Shown here one piece after another: positions 7,759 through 17,224 of a DNA stretch of 44,909 nucleotides. Source of the stretch: a virus (lineage: Duplodnaviria; Heunggongvirae; Uroviricota; Caudoviricetes); the IMG/VR virus record IMGVR_UViG_3300033993_001993. One strand, 5' to 3'. Position numbers and translations under genes: made by a program. Numbering within the stretch: position 1 is the first letter of the stretch; each line of letters opens with the position of its first letter. Below the pieces are notes generated by a model. The model was given only the letters and a program-made list of their open reading frames with translations. It was not told the DNA's origin and ran no database searches.

Positions 7759-8316
7759 TTAATTGTAGTTTCCGAATCTTCTGAACATATCTAACGATTC
7801 TTGTAGTTTTGATTTGAATTCAGGTAAGTCGTCTTCATCGATTTCATCATACACTTCCTCACTAAATCCTTCTCCCATTTCTTCAGAAGAATAATCTTCT
7901 AATTCATCAATATCGTATTCGTATTCATCATTATTTAATTCCATTTCACCAGCAAAATCTCTTAAAGAGTCATCCTCACTTGGTGATGGATATCTATCGT
8001 TATCAATGATTGCATCAACTTCTTCTCTATCGTTGTTAGCATCATCTAAATCCACGGTCCCATTTTCTAAGTCAGTATCACCATCAGCAATCCTATCCAA
8101 AGGAGATTCGTTGATCCCAACATTTCTATATGTCTTAACTTCACCTTTATTATTCAAGGTAATTCCGTTTTTATCGTTTGCAAGATCTTGAACATACAGA
8201 GGAGTCATATTACTTTCTTGATTATATTTTGTAACATAACCATCATAAAGATGTTTGTGTTGGTCGAGAATATTTTCTCTTTCCTCATTTGTCATTTTAA
8301 AAAAGTACGCGTTCAT
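7759..8316 (-). CDS. Acidic protein with EERxxILxQH-type leader
   Basis: MNAYFFKMTNEERENILDQH; TATTTAT at 8332-8338. Confidence 0.85.
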   Translation of the reverse strand: MNAYFFKMTNEERENILDQHKHLYDGYVTKYNQESNMTPLYVQDLANDKNGITLNNKGEVKTYRNVGINESPLDRIADGDTDLENGTVDLDDANNDREEVDAIIDNDRYPSPSEDDSLRDFAGEMELNNDEYEYDIDELEDYSSEEMGEGFSEEVYDEIDEDDLPEFKSKLQESLDMFRRFGNYN

Positions 8317-8429
8317 AAGATTTGTTTTATAATAAATATCATTTTTCTACACAAATTTTTGTAAGTAGAATATAATTTAAATATCTGTTAAATAAATTAT
8401 TATAAAATTTAAAGATATTTACTAGTAAT

Positions 8430-9050
8430 ATGGAAGTTATTATAACCAAATCTCAGTACGTTAAGTTATTAACCGAAGAGAAGAAAAATGAAATCGAAAG
8501 TACTTTTGACGACTCTAAAAGTTTTGTTAAACGAGTTGTAGGTGATATTAAAAAACAACACGGAATGGATTTTTCATTCGCATTAACGTGGGGACCTACC
8601 ATTGGTGGGTTTGTTGGTCCTATTTCGAGATACCTCGAGGGGACGTACCCAAGTTTAAGTCAATCAGATATTACGTTATTAACCTTTGGTATTATTATGA
8701 CATTTTTTTCTTCGAATAAAGAAAAAATAAACAAAGTATTAACTTTAATTAAAGAAAAAGGATTGGTTACTTTTTTTGACAGAGCTTTACGCAAATCGTT
8801 TGACCTAAAAGAATCGTTCATTGATTTTATTGAGAGTTTGAATGTAACATTCTCTAGAACTTCTAATATGTTGTCTTACACATTTTTGGTTCCGTTAGTT
8901 CCAATGTTAAAAGAGTTATCGGATATGGATTTAGATCCAAGTCAAGTGGCAATGATTGCTAAGGGTATCGCTAGTTATACCGGTACCGCAGTTAGTTCAA
9001 CAATAATATTTGAGTTAGTTAAAAAAATAATTAAAAGATTTAGATCTTAG
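8430..9050 (+). CDS. Leader-bearing hydrophobic protein (MEVIITKSQY...LLTEE)
   Basis: 206-aa ORF; TATTTAC variant at 8416-8422. Confidence 0.85.
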   Translation: MEVIITKSQYVKLLTEEKKNEIESTFDDSKSFVKRVVGDIKKQHGMDFSFALTWGPTIGGFVGPISRYLEGTYPSLSQSDITLLTFGIIMTFFSSNKEKINKVLTLIKEKGLVTFFDRALRKSFDLKESFIDFIESLNVTFSRTSNMLSYTFLVPLVPMLKELSDMDLDPSQVAMIAKGIASYTGTAVSSTIIFELVKKIIKRFRS

Positions 9051-9642
9051 ATTTAAACTCCATTATCTTACTTATAACTTCCTGTTCTTCATCATTGGTT
9101 AAATTATGAATATCTCTATGTGTTCTGAACCAATTTCTAACAACTTCCTCAAAAGGTCTTTTTGTGATTTTTGACATTCTTTTAAATCCGGCAACTTGAG
9201 CATCTAATTCGTGAGGTTGAGTGTAGTAATCTAATGGTTCCTCTGGCTCCTCAACATTAAGGTCGTAAATATTATTGTGTTTCTGATAGATATGTCGTAA
9301 TTCGTGAGCAACAAGTTCATTTAACTCGCCAACTATATTATACAACATTTGATTCTTTTTTTTTGGGTTATAAACAATCAATATTGCAATAATATGTTCG
9401 TCCCTGTAGTATTCTGCATTCATTAAAAAATCATCAACGTCCTCATTGGGTTGGATAATTAACTCAACCTCAAGGTTAAAGTTCTTAAATCTATATTCAA
9501 CTTGATTGTTAACTTCATTCGGTAAATAATATTCTCCCTCATCTTTAGATTTGAACATTGTTACAATATCTCTAACTATTGTTCTTATTTCTTCTCTAAA
9601 TGCGTTTCCCTCCAAAATTAACGATTTTCTAATAGTATTCAT
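9040..9642 (-). CDS. Putative zinc metallopeptidase (HEXXH)
   Basis: VAHELRHIYQ...YYTQPHELDA; start moved to 9642 (MNTIRKSLILE) with TATTTAT at 9647-9653. Confidence 0.75.
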   Translation of the reverse strand: MNTIRKSLILEGNAFREEIRTIVRDIVTMFKSKDEGEYYLPNEVNNQVEYRFKNFNLEVELIIQPNEDVDDFLMNAEYYRDEHIIAILIVYNPKKKNQMLYNIVGELNELVAHELRHIYQKHNNIYDLNVEEPEEPLDYYTQPHELDAQVAGFKRMSKITKRPFEEVVRNWFRTHRDIHNLTNDEEQEVISKIMEFKSKI

Positions 9643-9691
9643 ATTGATAAATATAAGATTAATTTTTATAATTATACAGAATATATAGATT

Positions 9692-10096
9692 ATGGAATTA
9701 TTGAACACTCACCCAATCAAAAAATCAGATTTGGGTTTTCACGGGAATTTATTTGGTGGAAAATTATTAGCTTGGATTGATGCCGCAGCGGCAGGATATT
9801 CAATGCAGCTATGTGATACCCCTCGTATGGTTACGGTATCGATCGATAAGTGTTTCTTTGAGAAACCAGCAAAGGAAGGTCAATTACTTAAGATCTATGG
9901 TAAACCTTCAAAGTTGGGGACAACATCTGTTACATTATATATGGAGGCAAGAGCTCATAATGTATATACCGGTAAACAAGGTATTGTATTAAAAACAAAC
10001 ATTAAATTCGTTTCAATAGATGAGGATGGTAATCCAATTCCAATTGGGGAGAAGGGTAGAATAAGATTGACAAATATTATTGAGGAAGAAAATTAA
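9692..10096 (+). CDS. Acyl-CoA thioesterase (HotDog fold, YciA-like)
   Basis: DLGFHGNLFGGKLLAWIDAAA...VTVSID...FVSIDEDGNP. Confidence 0.9.
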   Translation: MELLNTHPIKKSDLGFHGNLFGGKLLAWIDAAAAGYSMQLCDTPRMVTVSIDKCFFEKPAKEGQLLKIYGKPSKLGTTSVTLYMEARAHNVYTGKQGIVLKTNIKFVSIDEDGNPIPIGEKGRIRLTNIIEEEN

Positions 10097-10707
10097 TTTG
10101 TTTTTGGGGGTAACGGGGGATCAAGTAAGAATTTCTCGTTAAGCCAATGTCTTAATTCATTTTCAACAAAGTATTCAGGAACTTCTTGATCGTCAGGCAT
10201 TTCTGACGCTAATTCGGAGATATATCTTGCGAATTTAACTTTAAATCTGTCATCCATTAATGTTAATAGACCATCTGATATAAAGAATATTTTTGTTAAC
10301 GGGTCACTAATCCCTAATTCACCTTCAGCTAAATCAAAAGATCTCATAATAGTTTTACCCCACCACGTTTTATAGTTTGTGGTTTCTTCTAAAGTAGGTC
10401 TTAATATTTTGTTTGCTGCTCTAATAATTGATCCTGTGAATCCAGCAATTGATAATTGAGGTAAGAACCAAGGTAGTAATCTTAATATTGCCTTATACCC
10501 ACCTTCACCAATATGTTTATATAATCTTTTAGTGGTTGCCGTTTCGACTAACGCTCTTAATTGCCCAAATGTTATTTTACCTTGAGCACTACAAAACTTT
10601 TCCGCATCACAGATATTCTTAACTGCCGACTCAGAAGGTTTGATCTCGGTCTCGTTAATGTATCGCTTAAGATTTTTTCTTACTATTCTTTCAATTAATA
10701 CTGACAT
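10093..10707 (-). CDS. Leader-bearing hypothetical protein (RIVRKNLKRYINE)
   Basis: 204-aa ORF coupled to the upstream gene. Confidence 0.85.
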   Translation of the reverse strand: MSVLIERIVRKNLKRYINETEIKPSESAVKNICDAEKFCSAQGKITFGQLRALVETATTKRLYKHIGEGGYKAILRLLPWFLPQLSIAGFTGSIIRAANKILRPTLEETTNYKTWWGKTIMRSFDLAEGELGISDPLTKIFFISDGLLTLMDDRFKVKFARYISELASEMPDDQEVPEYFVENELRHWLNEKFLLDPPLPPKTN

Positions 10708-10710
10708 AAA

Positions 10711-11298
10711 TTACCAAGTTTTACAAGCCCAATATCTTGGTTTCCATCTAGGTCCTGGGTTAGCACAATTGTGTCTTGCTCTAAATGATTTTCTTCTTTT
10801 TGGGTTATTTTTCTTTATAACCATTCTTTTACCTTTAGCGGATTTCCCACCAAAACCAAAGTTTACCTTAACTACCTTTCCTTTATCGTTTTTAACGTAT
10901 ACCTTGAACTTTTTAATGTCCCCTTGCATAATCTTACCAAGTTGGACTTTTCTCCCTTGATATTCACCCTCAGATAGGTATTCGGTATCTTCCATTGGAA
11001 CCTCCAAATAGATTCGTTCCCCACTTTCTAATATAATAGATTTTCCAAGATCGGATTCAATTAATTTAATGTCATTTTCATTAATGTCTAACTTACCTTT
11101 AATAAAAAGATCTCTCACTTCATTTATTAAATTAAGATGTGATTTTGAATATGTTTTAAGGTTTGTTTCAGATAAAGGTATTTTTTTATCAAGATGATAT
11201 TTAAGAATATCGGATACTTTAGTATCCTCAATCAACTTCATTGAGTGATTAATATGTTCTTTAAGTGCCCTTCTAACTATGTTTTCTAAAATTCTCAT
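10711..11298 (-). CDS. Leader-bearing protein with basic C-terminal RRKSFRARH...YWACKTW domain
   Basis: MRILENIVRRALKE leader; I recall the C-terminal motif from other large viruses but cannot name the family. Confidence 0.85.
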   Translation of the reverse strand: MRILENIVRRALKEHINHSMKLIEDTKVSDILKYHLDKKIPLSETNLKTYSKSHLNLINEVRDLFIKGKLDINENDIKLIESDLGKSIILESGERIYLEVPMEDTEYLSEGEYQGRKVQLGKIMQGDIKKFKVYVKNDKGKVVKVNFGFGGKSAKGKRMVIKKNNPKRRKSFRARHNCANPGPRWKPRYWACKTW

Positions 11299-11307
11299 AC
11301 CTAGTGA

Positions 11308-11323
11308 TATTTATTAATAAATA
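11308..11323. promoter_or_regulatory. Palindromic pair of TATTTAT motifs between divergent genes
   Basis: TATTTATTAATAAATA is a perfect 16-bp palindrome. Confidence 0.6.
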
Positions 11324-11352
11324 CTCTTAAAAAGATTAAATAAAAAAGATAT

Positions 11353-11886
11353 ATGAAAACAATTAGATTAACCGAGTCAGATTTAGAAAGAATGATTAAA
11401 TCTATTTTATCAGAACAATCGTCTGAAGATGAAAAAACTAAAAAGAAAGATAAAAAAGCTCGTTGCGTTCCTGAAAATGTAATTTCGTTAGATGAGATTG
11501 CCGGTAGAGCGGATGAGTTCTCAAGATATACTCCAGGTATAACAAAAAGATTATCAGGTGTTAATTCTATGGTCGATACTTTAGGTATTTTGAATAACCT
11601 AAGATTGTTTAAAGATATTAAGGATGGTGGTTCTCATTTGGCTTACGAAATGATGAATAACCTTAACAGGTTTCGTAATAAAAATTATTATGATGAGACA
11701 ACAGGCGATTGTAACAAAGCGATGGATAAGATCATCGAATTATATAAGGAAAGTGAGCACGGTACTGAGTTAGTTAAAGACATTGAAAAAGTGTTGAATC
11801 TACAAACTAAAGAAGATGAGTATACTCCATCCCCAAGAGCAAAGGAGTATTTAAAACAATCACTTAACCTTGTAAAAGGATTATAA
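11353..11886 (+). CDS. Leader-bearing hypothetical protein (MKTIRLTESDLERMIKSILSEQ)
   Basis: 177-aa ORF with the canonical leader. Confidence 0.88.
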   Translation: MKTIRLTESDLERMIKSILSEQSSEDEKTKKKDKKARCVPENVISLDEIAGRADEFSRYTPGITKRLSGVNSMVDTLGILNNLRLFKDIKDGGSHLAYEMMNNLNRFRNKNYYDETTGDCNKAMDKIIELYKESEHGTELVKDIEKVLNLQTKEDEYTPSPRAKEYLKQSLNLVKGL

Positions 11887-11936
11887 TCTCAAAAACCCAT
11901 CACAAGGTAACAACACAAAATTAAATGTTGCACAAT

Positions 11937-12185
11937 ATGGAGAAATTTAAAGAATTGGTCTGTCGTTATTGGAAACCAACCCCAAAAAAGTGGAGAAAGT
12001 TTGGTGACGCTCTTTTAGCCTCATCATCAGTCATTGCAATAGGTGGTTTATGGCAATTTGACAACCTAAAAGAGGTGTTTACAACGTCAGAAATCAAAGG
12101 ATTGATAGTAACATCCATAATATTAGGTGTTTTGGGTAAATTCTTAACTAACTTCTTTAAGGAAGAAACCTCAGAAAACAACTAA
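11937..12185 (+). CDS. Small two-TM membrane protein (holin-like architecture)
   Basis: PTPKKWRKFGD followed by two hydrophobic segments; holin role is inference. Confidence 0.65.
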   Translation: MEKFKELVCRYWKPTPKKWRKFGDALLASSSVIAIGGLWQFDNLKEVFTTSEIKGLIVTSIILGVLGKFLTNFFKEETSENN

Positions 12186-12203
12186 AAAACACCTATTTAT
12201 ACC

Positions 12204-12231
12204 AAAAAAACCCCCAAAAAGGAGGTTTTTT
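12204..12231. terminator. Bidirectional intrinsic terminator
   Basis: A7-CCCCC-AAAAA-GGAGG-T6 between convergent genes. Confidence 0.65.
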
Positions 12232-12283
12232 ACTCTATATATAGACAAAAAAAGACCATTAAATGGCTAATTTTGAGGGTTTT

Positions 12284-12517
12284 TTACTTAAATTTGTCCA
12301 TATTTTTCATAAATTGACCCATTCTTTTGTTAAAATCACCTAAATTCCCCATATTCCCCATATTTTTCATAAAATTTTCGGGATTTGGCATGTTATTTAG
12401 GTTTTTCATAGTAGAAAATAGTCCTTTACCGTACTTTTTCCACCAAATTAACCCCAAAATAATCATAGATAGTATAGTAATACTAAAAACTAATAAAGAA
12501 ACTGCTAAAAATGTCAT
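12284..12517 (-). CDS. Membrane-anchored small protein with N/M/G-rich tail
   Basis: N-terminal TM segment, 77 aa. Confidence 0.7.
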   Translation of the reverse strand: MTFLAVSLLVFSITILSMIILGLIWWKKYGKGLFSTMKNLNNMPNPENFMKNMGNMGNLGDFNKRMGQFMKNMDKFK

Positions 12518-12571
12518 AATTTGTATATTTTTATAAAGAATGAGTGTTTTTTTTCATTAAATCAAGGGTTT

Positions 12572-13228
12572 TTACTTGTTTTTAGTCATAAATTCTTTAA
12601 CTAACTCTGTTGAGAGCCTTTTTAACCTATTTTCGACCCCTCTTATGGTAATTTCGGTAGATTTTTGTTCTAAATCCTTAACTGCCGCCCCAATCATAAT
12701 ACTTCTTACGTTATCCACCATTTTTAACATATTTTCGATGGATTCCTCTTGATTATCATCCAATTCACGACGCATTCTGTGTAAATCCATATATTTTTCA
12801 AGATATTCCTTAGTTACACCCATAAATTCACCTGATTGGAACATATTTACCACACCTGATCGTCTAATATTCTCCAAATACTCTAAAACATACCTTAAAT
12901 CTTCTTTTCTAAACAGGTTTAACCAATCAACCTTAGTTATTAATTGATCAATGTTATCAATTTTAGCCTCATTTAGTGGGTTTACAAGGAATTCAGGGTC
13001 ATATAACCAAGAATCGGAGTTTGGTATCATTGCCAAAGTACTAATTACCTTATTATCGTCGTCATACCACTCCATTCTGTATTGATAATTAACTCCATCA
13101 CCAAAATCAGGTGATTTTTCAATTTTAATTACCTTTCCTTTGGTTCCAGAGTCCAAATCCTCCCCTGGCATGTATACTAATATGACTCTATCCCCAATTT
13201 TTAACTCAGGATTCTTAATTTTCTTCAT
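12572..13228 (-). CDS. Hypothetical protein, SH3/KOW-like N-terminus
   Basis: LKIGDRVILV...GTKGKVIKI; internal PLNEA site; TATTTAT at 13233-13239. Confidence 0.8.
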   Translation of the reverse strand: MKKIKNPELKIGDRVILVYMPGEDLDSGTKGKVIKIEKSPDFGDGVNYQYRMEWYDDDNKVISTLAMIPNSDSWLYDPEFLVNPLNEAKIDNIDQLITKVDWLNLFRKEDLRYVLEYLENIRRSGVVNMFQSGEFMGVTKEYLEKYMDLHRMRRELDDNQEESIENMLKMVDNVRSIMIGAAVKDLEQKSTEITIRGVENRLKRLSTELVKEFMTKNK

Positions 13229-13242
13229 ATTAATAAATATGT

Positions 13243-15471
13243 CTATCTTGTAATAGTTAAATTACCTCTTATTTCTTTTTTTAGACCCGTTTTAGGGTGT
13301 CCAAACGTTAAAACCCAGTTATATGATCCATCAGGACACATTTTACCATTGTATGTCCCATCCCAAGGCGATTTATGGTCGTTACTTTCCCAAATTAACT
13401 CACCCCATCTGTTAAAAACCTTCATATTAAAGTCATATGGGTCAAAACCTGCGGTAAATCTAGGTGAAAACGTTTGATTATACTCATCACCGTTGGGTGT
13501 AAATGAATTAGGTATGTAAATTAACTCTTCAGGACACAATTCTATGTTAACATCTATTGTTTCGGGTAAAGAAACACACCCGTTATCCCATCTTACCACA
13601 TTAAAACTAAATAATCCTTCAGTATCCCAAGTAATGTTTATTGTAGGACCTTGTAATGTGTCCCCAAACACGTACCATTCGTTATATCCACCAAAAGATG
13701 AGGTTGCTTCATATAAATCGACAATACTATCACCCTCACATAGTTCGTGAAACTCATAATTAACGTTTGGTCTCCCATCAATTACCGAAATTAAAGTTGG
13801 TCTTGGGTAAACTTGTACGTTGATTGTAGTATCAAACATACATCCTGACTGAGTGTAGGAGTAAGTAACATTATCTAACCCAATAAATCCATTGTCAGGA
13901 CAATATTGTGTTCCCCAAACGTTATTACCGAATAAAATACCACCTGTAGGTGTTGTATTAATGTTAACACACCCATCATATTCACAATATGGACCAAGAG
14001 GATCGATAATTGGGAGTATGTTTAACACATCAATAGTGAAATTTTCAGTTTGACTTAAACATCCAAGGTTATTTTCAGCGTATACCGACAACATATTAGG
14101 GTAATTACCCCCATTAACACCCGTAACGTCTAAATTAACTTGAGGAGTCCCTTGTCCTGAGGTAATATTACCATTTGTTGTCGTCCAAACGTAATTTAAA
14201 TTAGGGTTTAGACTCGAGGTGGTGAACTGATTAGTAGTTGAGTTATAACATAGGATACTTGTTCCAACAATAGGGTCTACAATTATTTGTGGTGGATCCA
14301 CTAATGTAACATTCCCACTTACGGTACAACCTTGAGAGTCAGTTATTAAAAAGTTATAGACACCAGAACATAAAAAGTTGTTAGTAAAGTTATTTGGTAT
14401 CCCGTTATTCCACGAAATTGTTTGAACTCCGTTTCCACCAACAGGAACAACATTTATTGATCCGTCACAATACTGATAACACGTTGGGTTTGTTGTTGTT
14501 ATAGTGGGTTGAGGTAGATTCGGTAGACCCGGTAAAACAAATACGGTGTCAGGACCTGGTCCTGCAACTGAATTACAAGTTGACCACCCCGCATTACAGA
14601 TAGGATAGACATATCGACACGTATATTGAGCACCTATTGCGGGAGGAGTTACATTTATTGTCGGTCCAGTCCCAATTGGGTTAGGGTTACCTATTCTAAA
14701 CCAAGTTAAAACAGGATTTACCGTAGGTCCACTTGGCGTCCATCGATATGCGTCGTTATTTGCAGTCCAAGAGGTTGAGTTTCTACCAGGAACCGGTATT
14801 CCAATCGTACCTGTTGAGTTATGTATCCCTTGAACTGACGTACCATTCTGCCATTGAGAACAATCAGGTTTATCTTGGATATGATTTTCAATAATATTTG
14901 TTGTCTCATATATTACAATATGGAATGTTCCAAAATTACTATTACATTGGAACATAGGTACACCGATCCAACTGATAACTAACTTCCTACAAGGAGCAGT
15001 GCCTTGTAATTGATATCTTATCTGACCACCAATCCCTGGATGCCAATCTTGCCAAGGACCCATAATACAATTATTAGGGACTAACACATTTCCCGTTGGG
15101 ATTGATTGTGATGTAAACGTTGTTGGTTGTCCCCCACCGAATGATATCCACCCATTAGACCCAACATAAAATTGAGTATATGTTGTTCCAAAAAAACAAA
15201 AGTTAAACCCAATATTAAATGGACCCTGTTGTGAATCATCAGTCATAAATAACTGAGTCCCTGTATTAGTTTGTGAAACATACGGAATGTTAGTCACCCC
15301 ATAATTCGTAGTTTGTTTAGGGTTAGGACCTCCAGGCCCACATTGACTTAAATTAGCCGTTAGAGTTGTTGTTCCTACCCCACAAGGTAAAAATTGATCT
15401 GGACCCAAGTCAGGACAATATTGTGAATAAACAAAAAGGGGGAATAAAAATAAAAGTAATAAATGTCTCAT
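13243..15471 (-). CDS. Secreted adhesin-like protein with SprB-like repeat and T9SS type-B (gliding motility-associated) C-terminal domain
   Basis: Signal peptide MRHLLLLFLFPLFVYS; PTCYQYCDGSINV...G.YNFLITDSQGC repeat; C-terminal IYIPNSFTPNGDEYNQTF...VFNRWGELI...WDGTYNG...GNLTITR. Confidence 0.88.
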   Translation of the reverse strand: MRHLLLLFLFPLFVYSQYCPDLGPDQFLPCGVGTTTLTANLSQCGPGGPNPKQTTNYGVTNIPYVSQTNTGTQLFMTDDSQQGPFNIGFNFCFFGTTYTQFYVGSNGWISFGGGQPTTFTSQSIPTGNVLVPNNCIMGPWQDWHPGIGGQIRYQLQGTAPCRKLVISWIGVPMFQCNSNFGTFHIVIYETTNIIENHIQDKPDCSQWQNGTSVQGIHNSTGTIGIPVPGRNSTSWTANNDAYRWTPSGPTVNPVLTWFRIGNPNPIGTGPTINVTPPAIGAQYTCRYVYPICNAGWSTCNSVAGPGPDTVFVLPGLPNLPQPTITTTNPTCYQYCDGSINVVPVGGNGVQTISWNNGIPNNFTNNFLCSGVYNFLITDSQGCTVSGNVTLVDPPQIIVDPIVGTSILCYNSTTNQFTTSSLNPNLNYVWTTTNGNITSGQGTPQVNLDVTGVNGGNYPNMLSVYAENNLGCLSQTENFTIDVLNILPIIDPLGPYCEYDGCVNINTTPTGGILFGNNVWGTQYCPDNGFIGLDNVTYSYTQSGCMFDTTINVQVYPRPTLISVIDGRPNVNYEFHELCEGDSIVDLYEATSSFGGYNEWYVFGDTLQGPTINITWDTEGLFSFNVVRWDNGCVSLPETIDVNIELCPEELIYIPNSFTPNGDEYNQTFSPRFTAGFDPYDFNMKVFNRWGELIWESNDHKSPWDGTYNGKMCPDGSYNWVLTFGHPKTGLKKEIRGNLTITR

Positions 15472-15506
15472 ACTATATAAACGAATTTATGTTAATGGGG
15501 TTGTGT

Positions 15507-15701
15507 TTAATTTTTTTTAAACGAATCTTTCCATTCAAGGTAAAGGGTATGTAAAACCATTGAATTAATCAACACGCACAAACCAATTTCCATTAACCAA
15601 TGCCAAGTAACTTGAGTCACACCCATATGAATACCAAACCACATAAAGGATCCATATTTGTTCATCAAATTAATATAAAGGTATTTTAGAAAATTTTTCA
15701 T
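15507..15701 (-). CDS. Small hydrophobic protein (64 aa)
   Basis: TATTTAT at 15708-15714. Confidence 0.6.
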   Translation of the reverse strand: MKNFLKYLYINLMNKYGSFMWFGIHMGVTQVTWHWLMEIGLCVLINSMVLHTLYLEWKDSFKKN

Positions 15702-15765
15702 TTTATTATAAATATCGTTTTACATAATAGTTTTTATTTGTTAGTTTTTATAGAAATTGTATTTT

Positions 15766-16191
15766 ATGAAAAAAGTTGACGTAAACAGTACCGTGACTGT
15801 TAATTACACGGGTAAATTGGAAGATGGTAGTGTGTTTGATTCATCATTGAATGAAGGTCGTGAACCGTTATCAGCAACATTAGGACAAGGATCTTTAATC
15901 CCTGGTTTTGAAAAGGGTCTTGTTGGAATGGAAGAAGGTGAGAAAAAAACTATTAATATACCGGCAACCGAAGCGTACGGAGAGTTTAATCCTCAATTAA
16001 TTGCTGAAGTAGATAAAACTCAAGTTCCTGAAGGAGTTGCGGAAGGTCAAATGTTACAAACAATGACACCACAAGGTCCTATGAATGTTGTGGTTAAAGA
16101 AGTTACTGAAGATAAAGTTATTTTGGACGCAAATCATCCATTAGCGGGTAAGGATTTAATTTTTGATTTAGAAGTTATTTCTGTGGGATAA
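15766..16191 (+). CDS. FKBP-type peptidyl-prolyl isomerase (SlyD/FkpB-like, no His tail)
   Basis: VTVNYTGKLEDGSVFDSS...LIPGFEKGLVGM...AYGE...DANHPLAGKDLIFDLEV. Confidence 0.93.
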   Translation: MKKVDVNSTVTVNYTGKLEDGSVFDSSLNEGREPLSATLGQGSLIPGFEKGLVGMEEGEKKTINIPATEAYGEFNPQLIAEVDKTQVPEGVAEGQMLQTMTPQGPMNVVVKEVTEDKVILDANHPLAGKDLIFDLEVISVG

Positions 16192-16247
16192 TTTTTTATT
16201 TTAATTTATATTCCTATATTTGTGGGAATACTATAAAATAAGATATT

Positions 16248-16589
16248 ATGAAGGAAATGTCTAAGTCCGAAAAAGAAGCTTACGAATACAAAAATTCATC
16301 ACTTTTAAAATTAAGGTTAACTATCTTTGCGTATAAATTTTTGAGATTTTTCGGTAAAGAAGAGGTGGATTTTATCTTATCTTTAACACCATATTTTATT
16401 GTGTACGTTCTTTTTGTTAATCAGAATTTGACTACATTAATTTTGGCAATCGTAATTCATTACTTTTTATTTTGGAAATTTGTTAGGGTTAAACTTAAAT
16501 TAAAGTTAGTAACCGATGAGGAAATGGAAGAAATTAAAGAGATCATTCTTATCTTAGAAAGATTTATCAAGGAAAGAAAAAAAGTTTAG
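16248..16589 (+). CDS. Membrane protein
   Basis: Two hydrophobic stretches; TATATTTG at 16215-16222. Confidence 0.75.
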   Translation: MKEMSKSEKEAYEYKNSSLLKLRLTIFAYKFLRFFGKEEVDFILSLTPYFIVYVLFVNQNLTTLILAIVIHYFLFWKFVRVKLKLKLVTDEEMEEIKEIILILERFIKERKKV

Positions 16590-16593
16590 ACAC

Positions 16594-16624
16594 AAAAAAA
16601 CCCCATATTACTATGGGGTTTTTT
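16594..16624. terminator. Bidirectional intrinsic terminator
   Basis: A7-CCCCAT-ATTACT-ATGGGG-T6. Confidence 0.8.
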
Positions 16625-16640
16625 ATTATGTGAGTAATTA

Positions 16641-17204
16641 TTACTTACCCATTCTATTATGTCTCATTGATGTTGATTTTAACGCCAAGGCAATTCCTGC
16701 GATAATTACCAAAAGTGAAACAGGTCCACCGTAATTACCAATCCCTGCGTTCTGCATAATATCGTGAACATTTGTTAATATTTCACTTTCAGACCATCCA
16801 GCTCCGTTTGATACAAGACCTAAAAGTCCAGAAGCGGAAATACCAAGACCACTACCAATACCTAATCTCTCAAAGAAACTTCTTAATCGATCACCAATAC
16901 CCTCAGTGATAATTCCTTCTTCTAACATATCTTCTTCACCATTGTCAACCTTTTCCATTTCTCTTTCAATGTTAACGTTAGATATTCTTCTTTTTAAATT
17001 CATTTTGTCCTCATCGGATAAATCAGATAACACTTCATTCTTAAAGAAATCAGCAACACCTTTTACAGCATCGTCAAGTTTATCCCCAAAACCTCCGAAC
17101 ATACCCTCTTCAATTTCATCATTATACATTTCATTTTGAGCTTCAACCACAATTCTTTTTATAAGTGATCTAAATTCTGTCTCGGTTAATCTAATTTTTT
17201 TCAT
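16641..17204 (-). CDS. Leader-bearing protein with Gly-rich hydrophobic C-terminus
   Basis: MKKIRLTETEFRSLIKRIVVEA; internal MLEEGIITEG. Confidence 0.88.
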   Translation of the reverse strand: MKKIRLTETEFRSLIKRIVVEAQNEMYNDEIEEGMFGGFGDKLDDAVKGVADFFKNEVLSDLSDEDKMNLKRRISNVNIEREMEKVDNGEEDMLEEGIITEGIGDRLRSFFERLGIGSGLGISASGLLGLVSNGAGWSESEILTNVHDIMQNAGIGNYGGPVSLLVIIAGIALALKSTSMRHNRMGK

Positions 17205-17224
17205 ATTTTTATTTAATTAATTAT

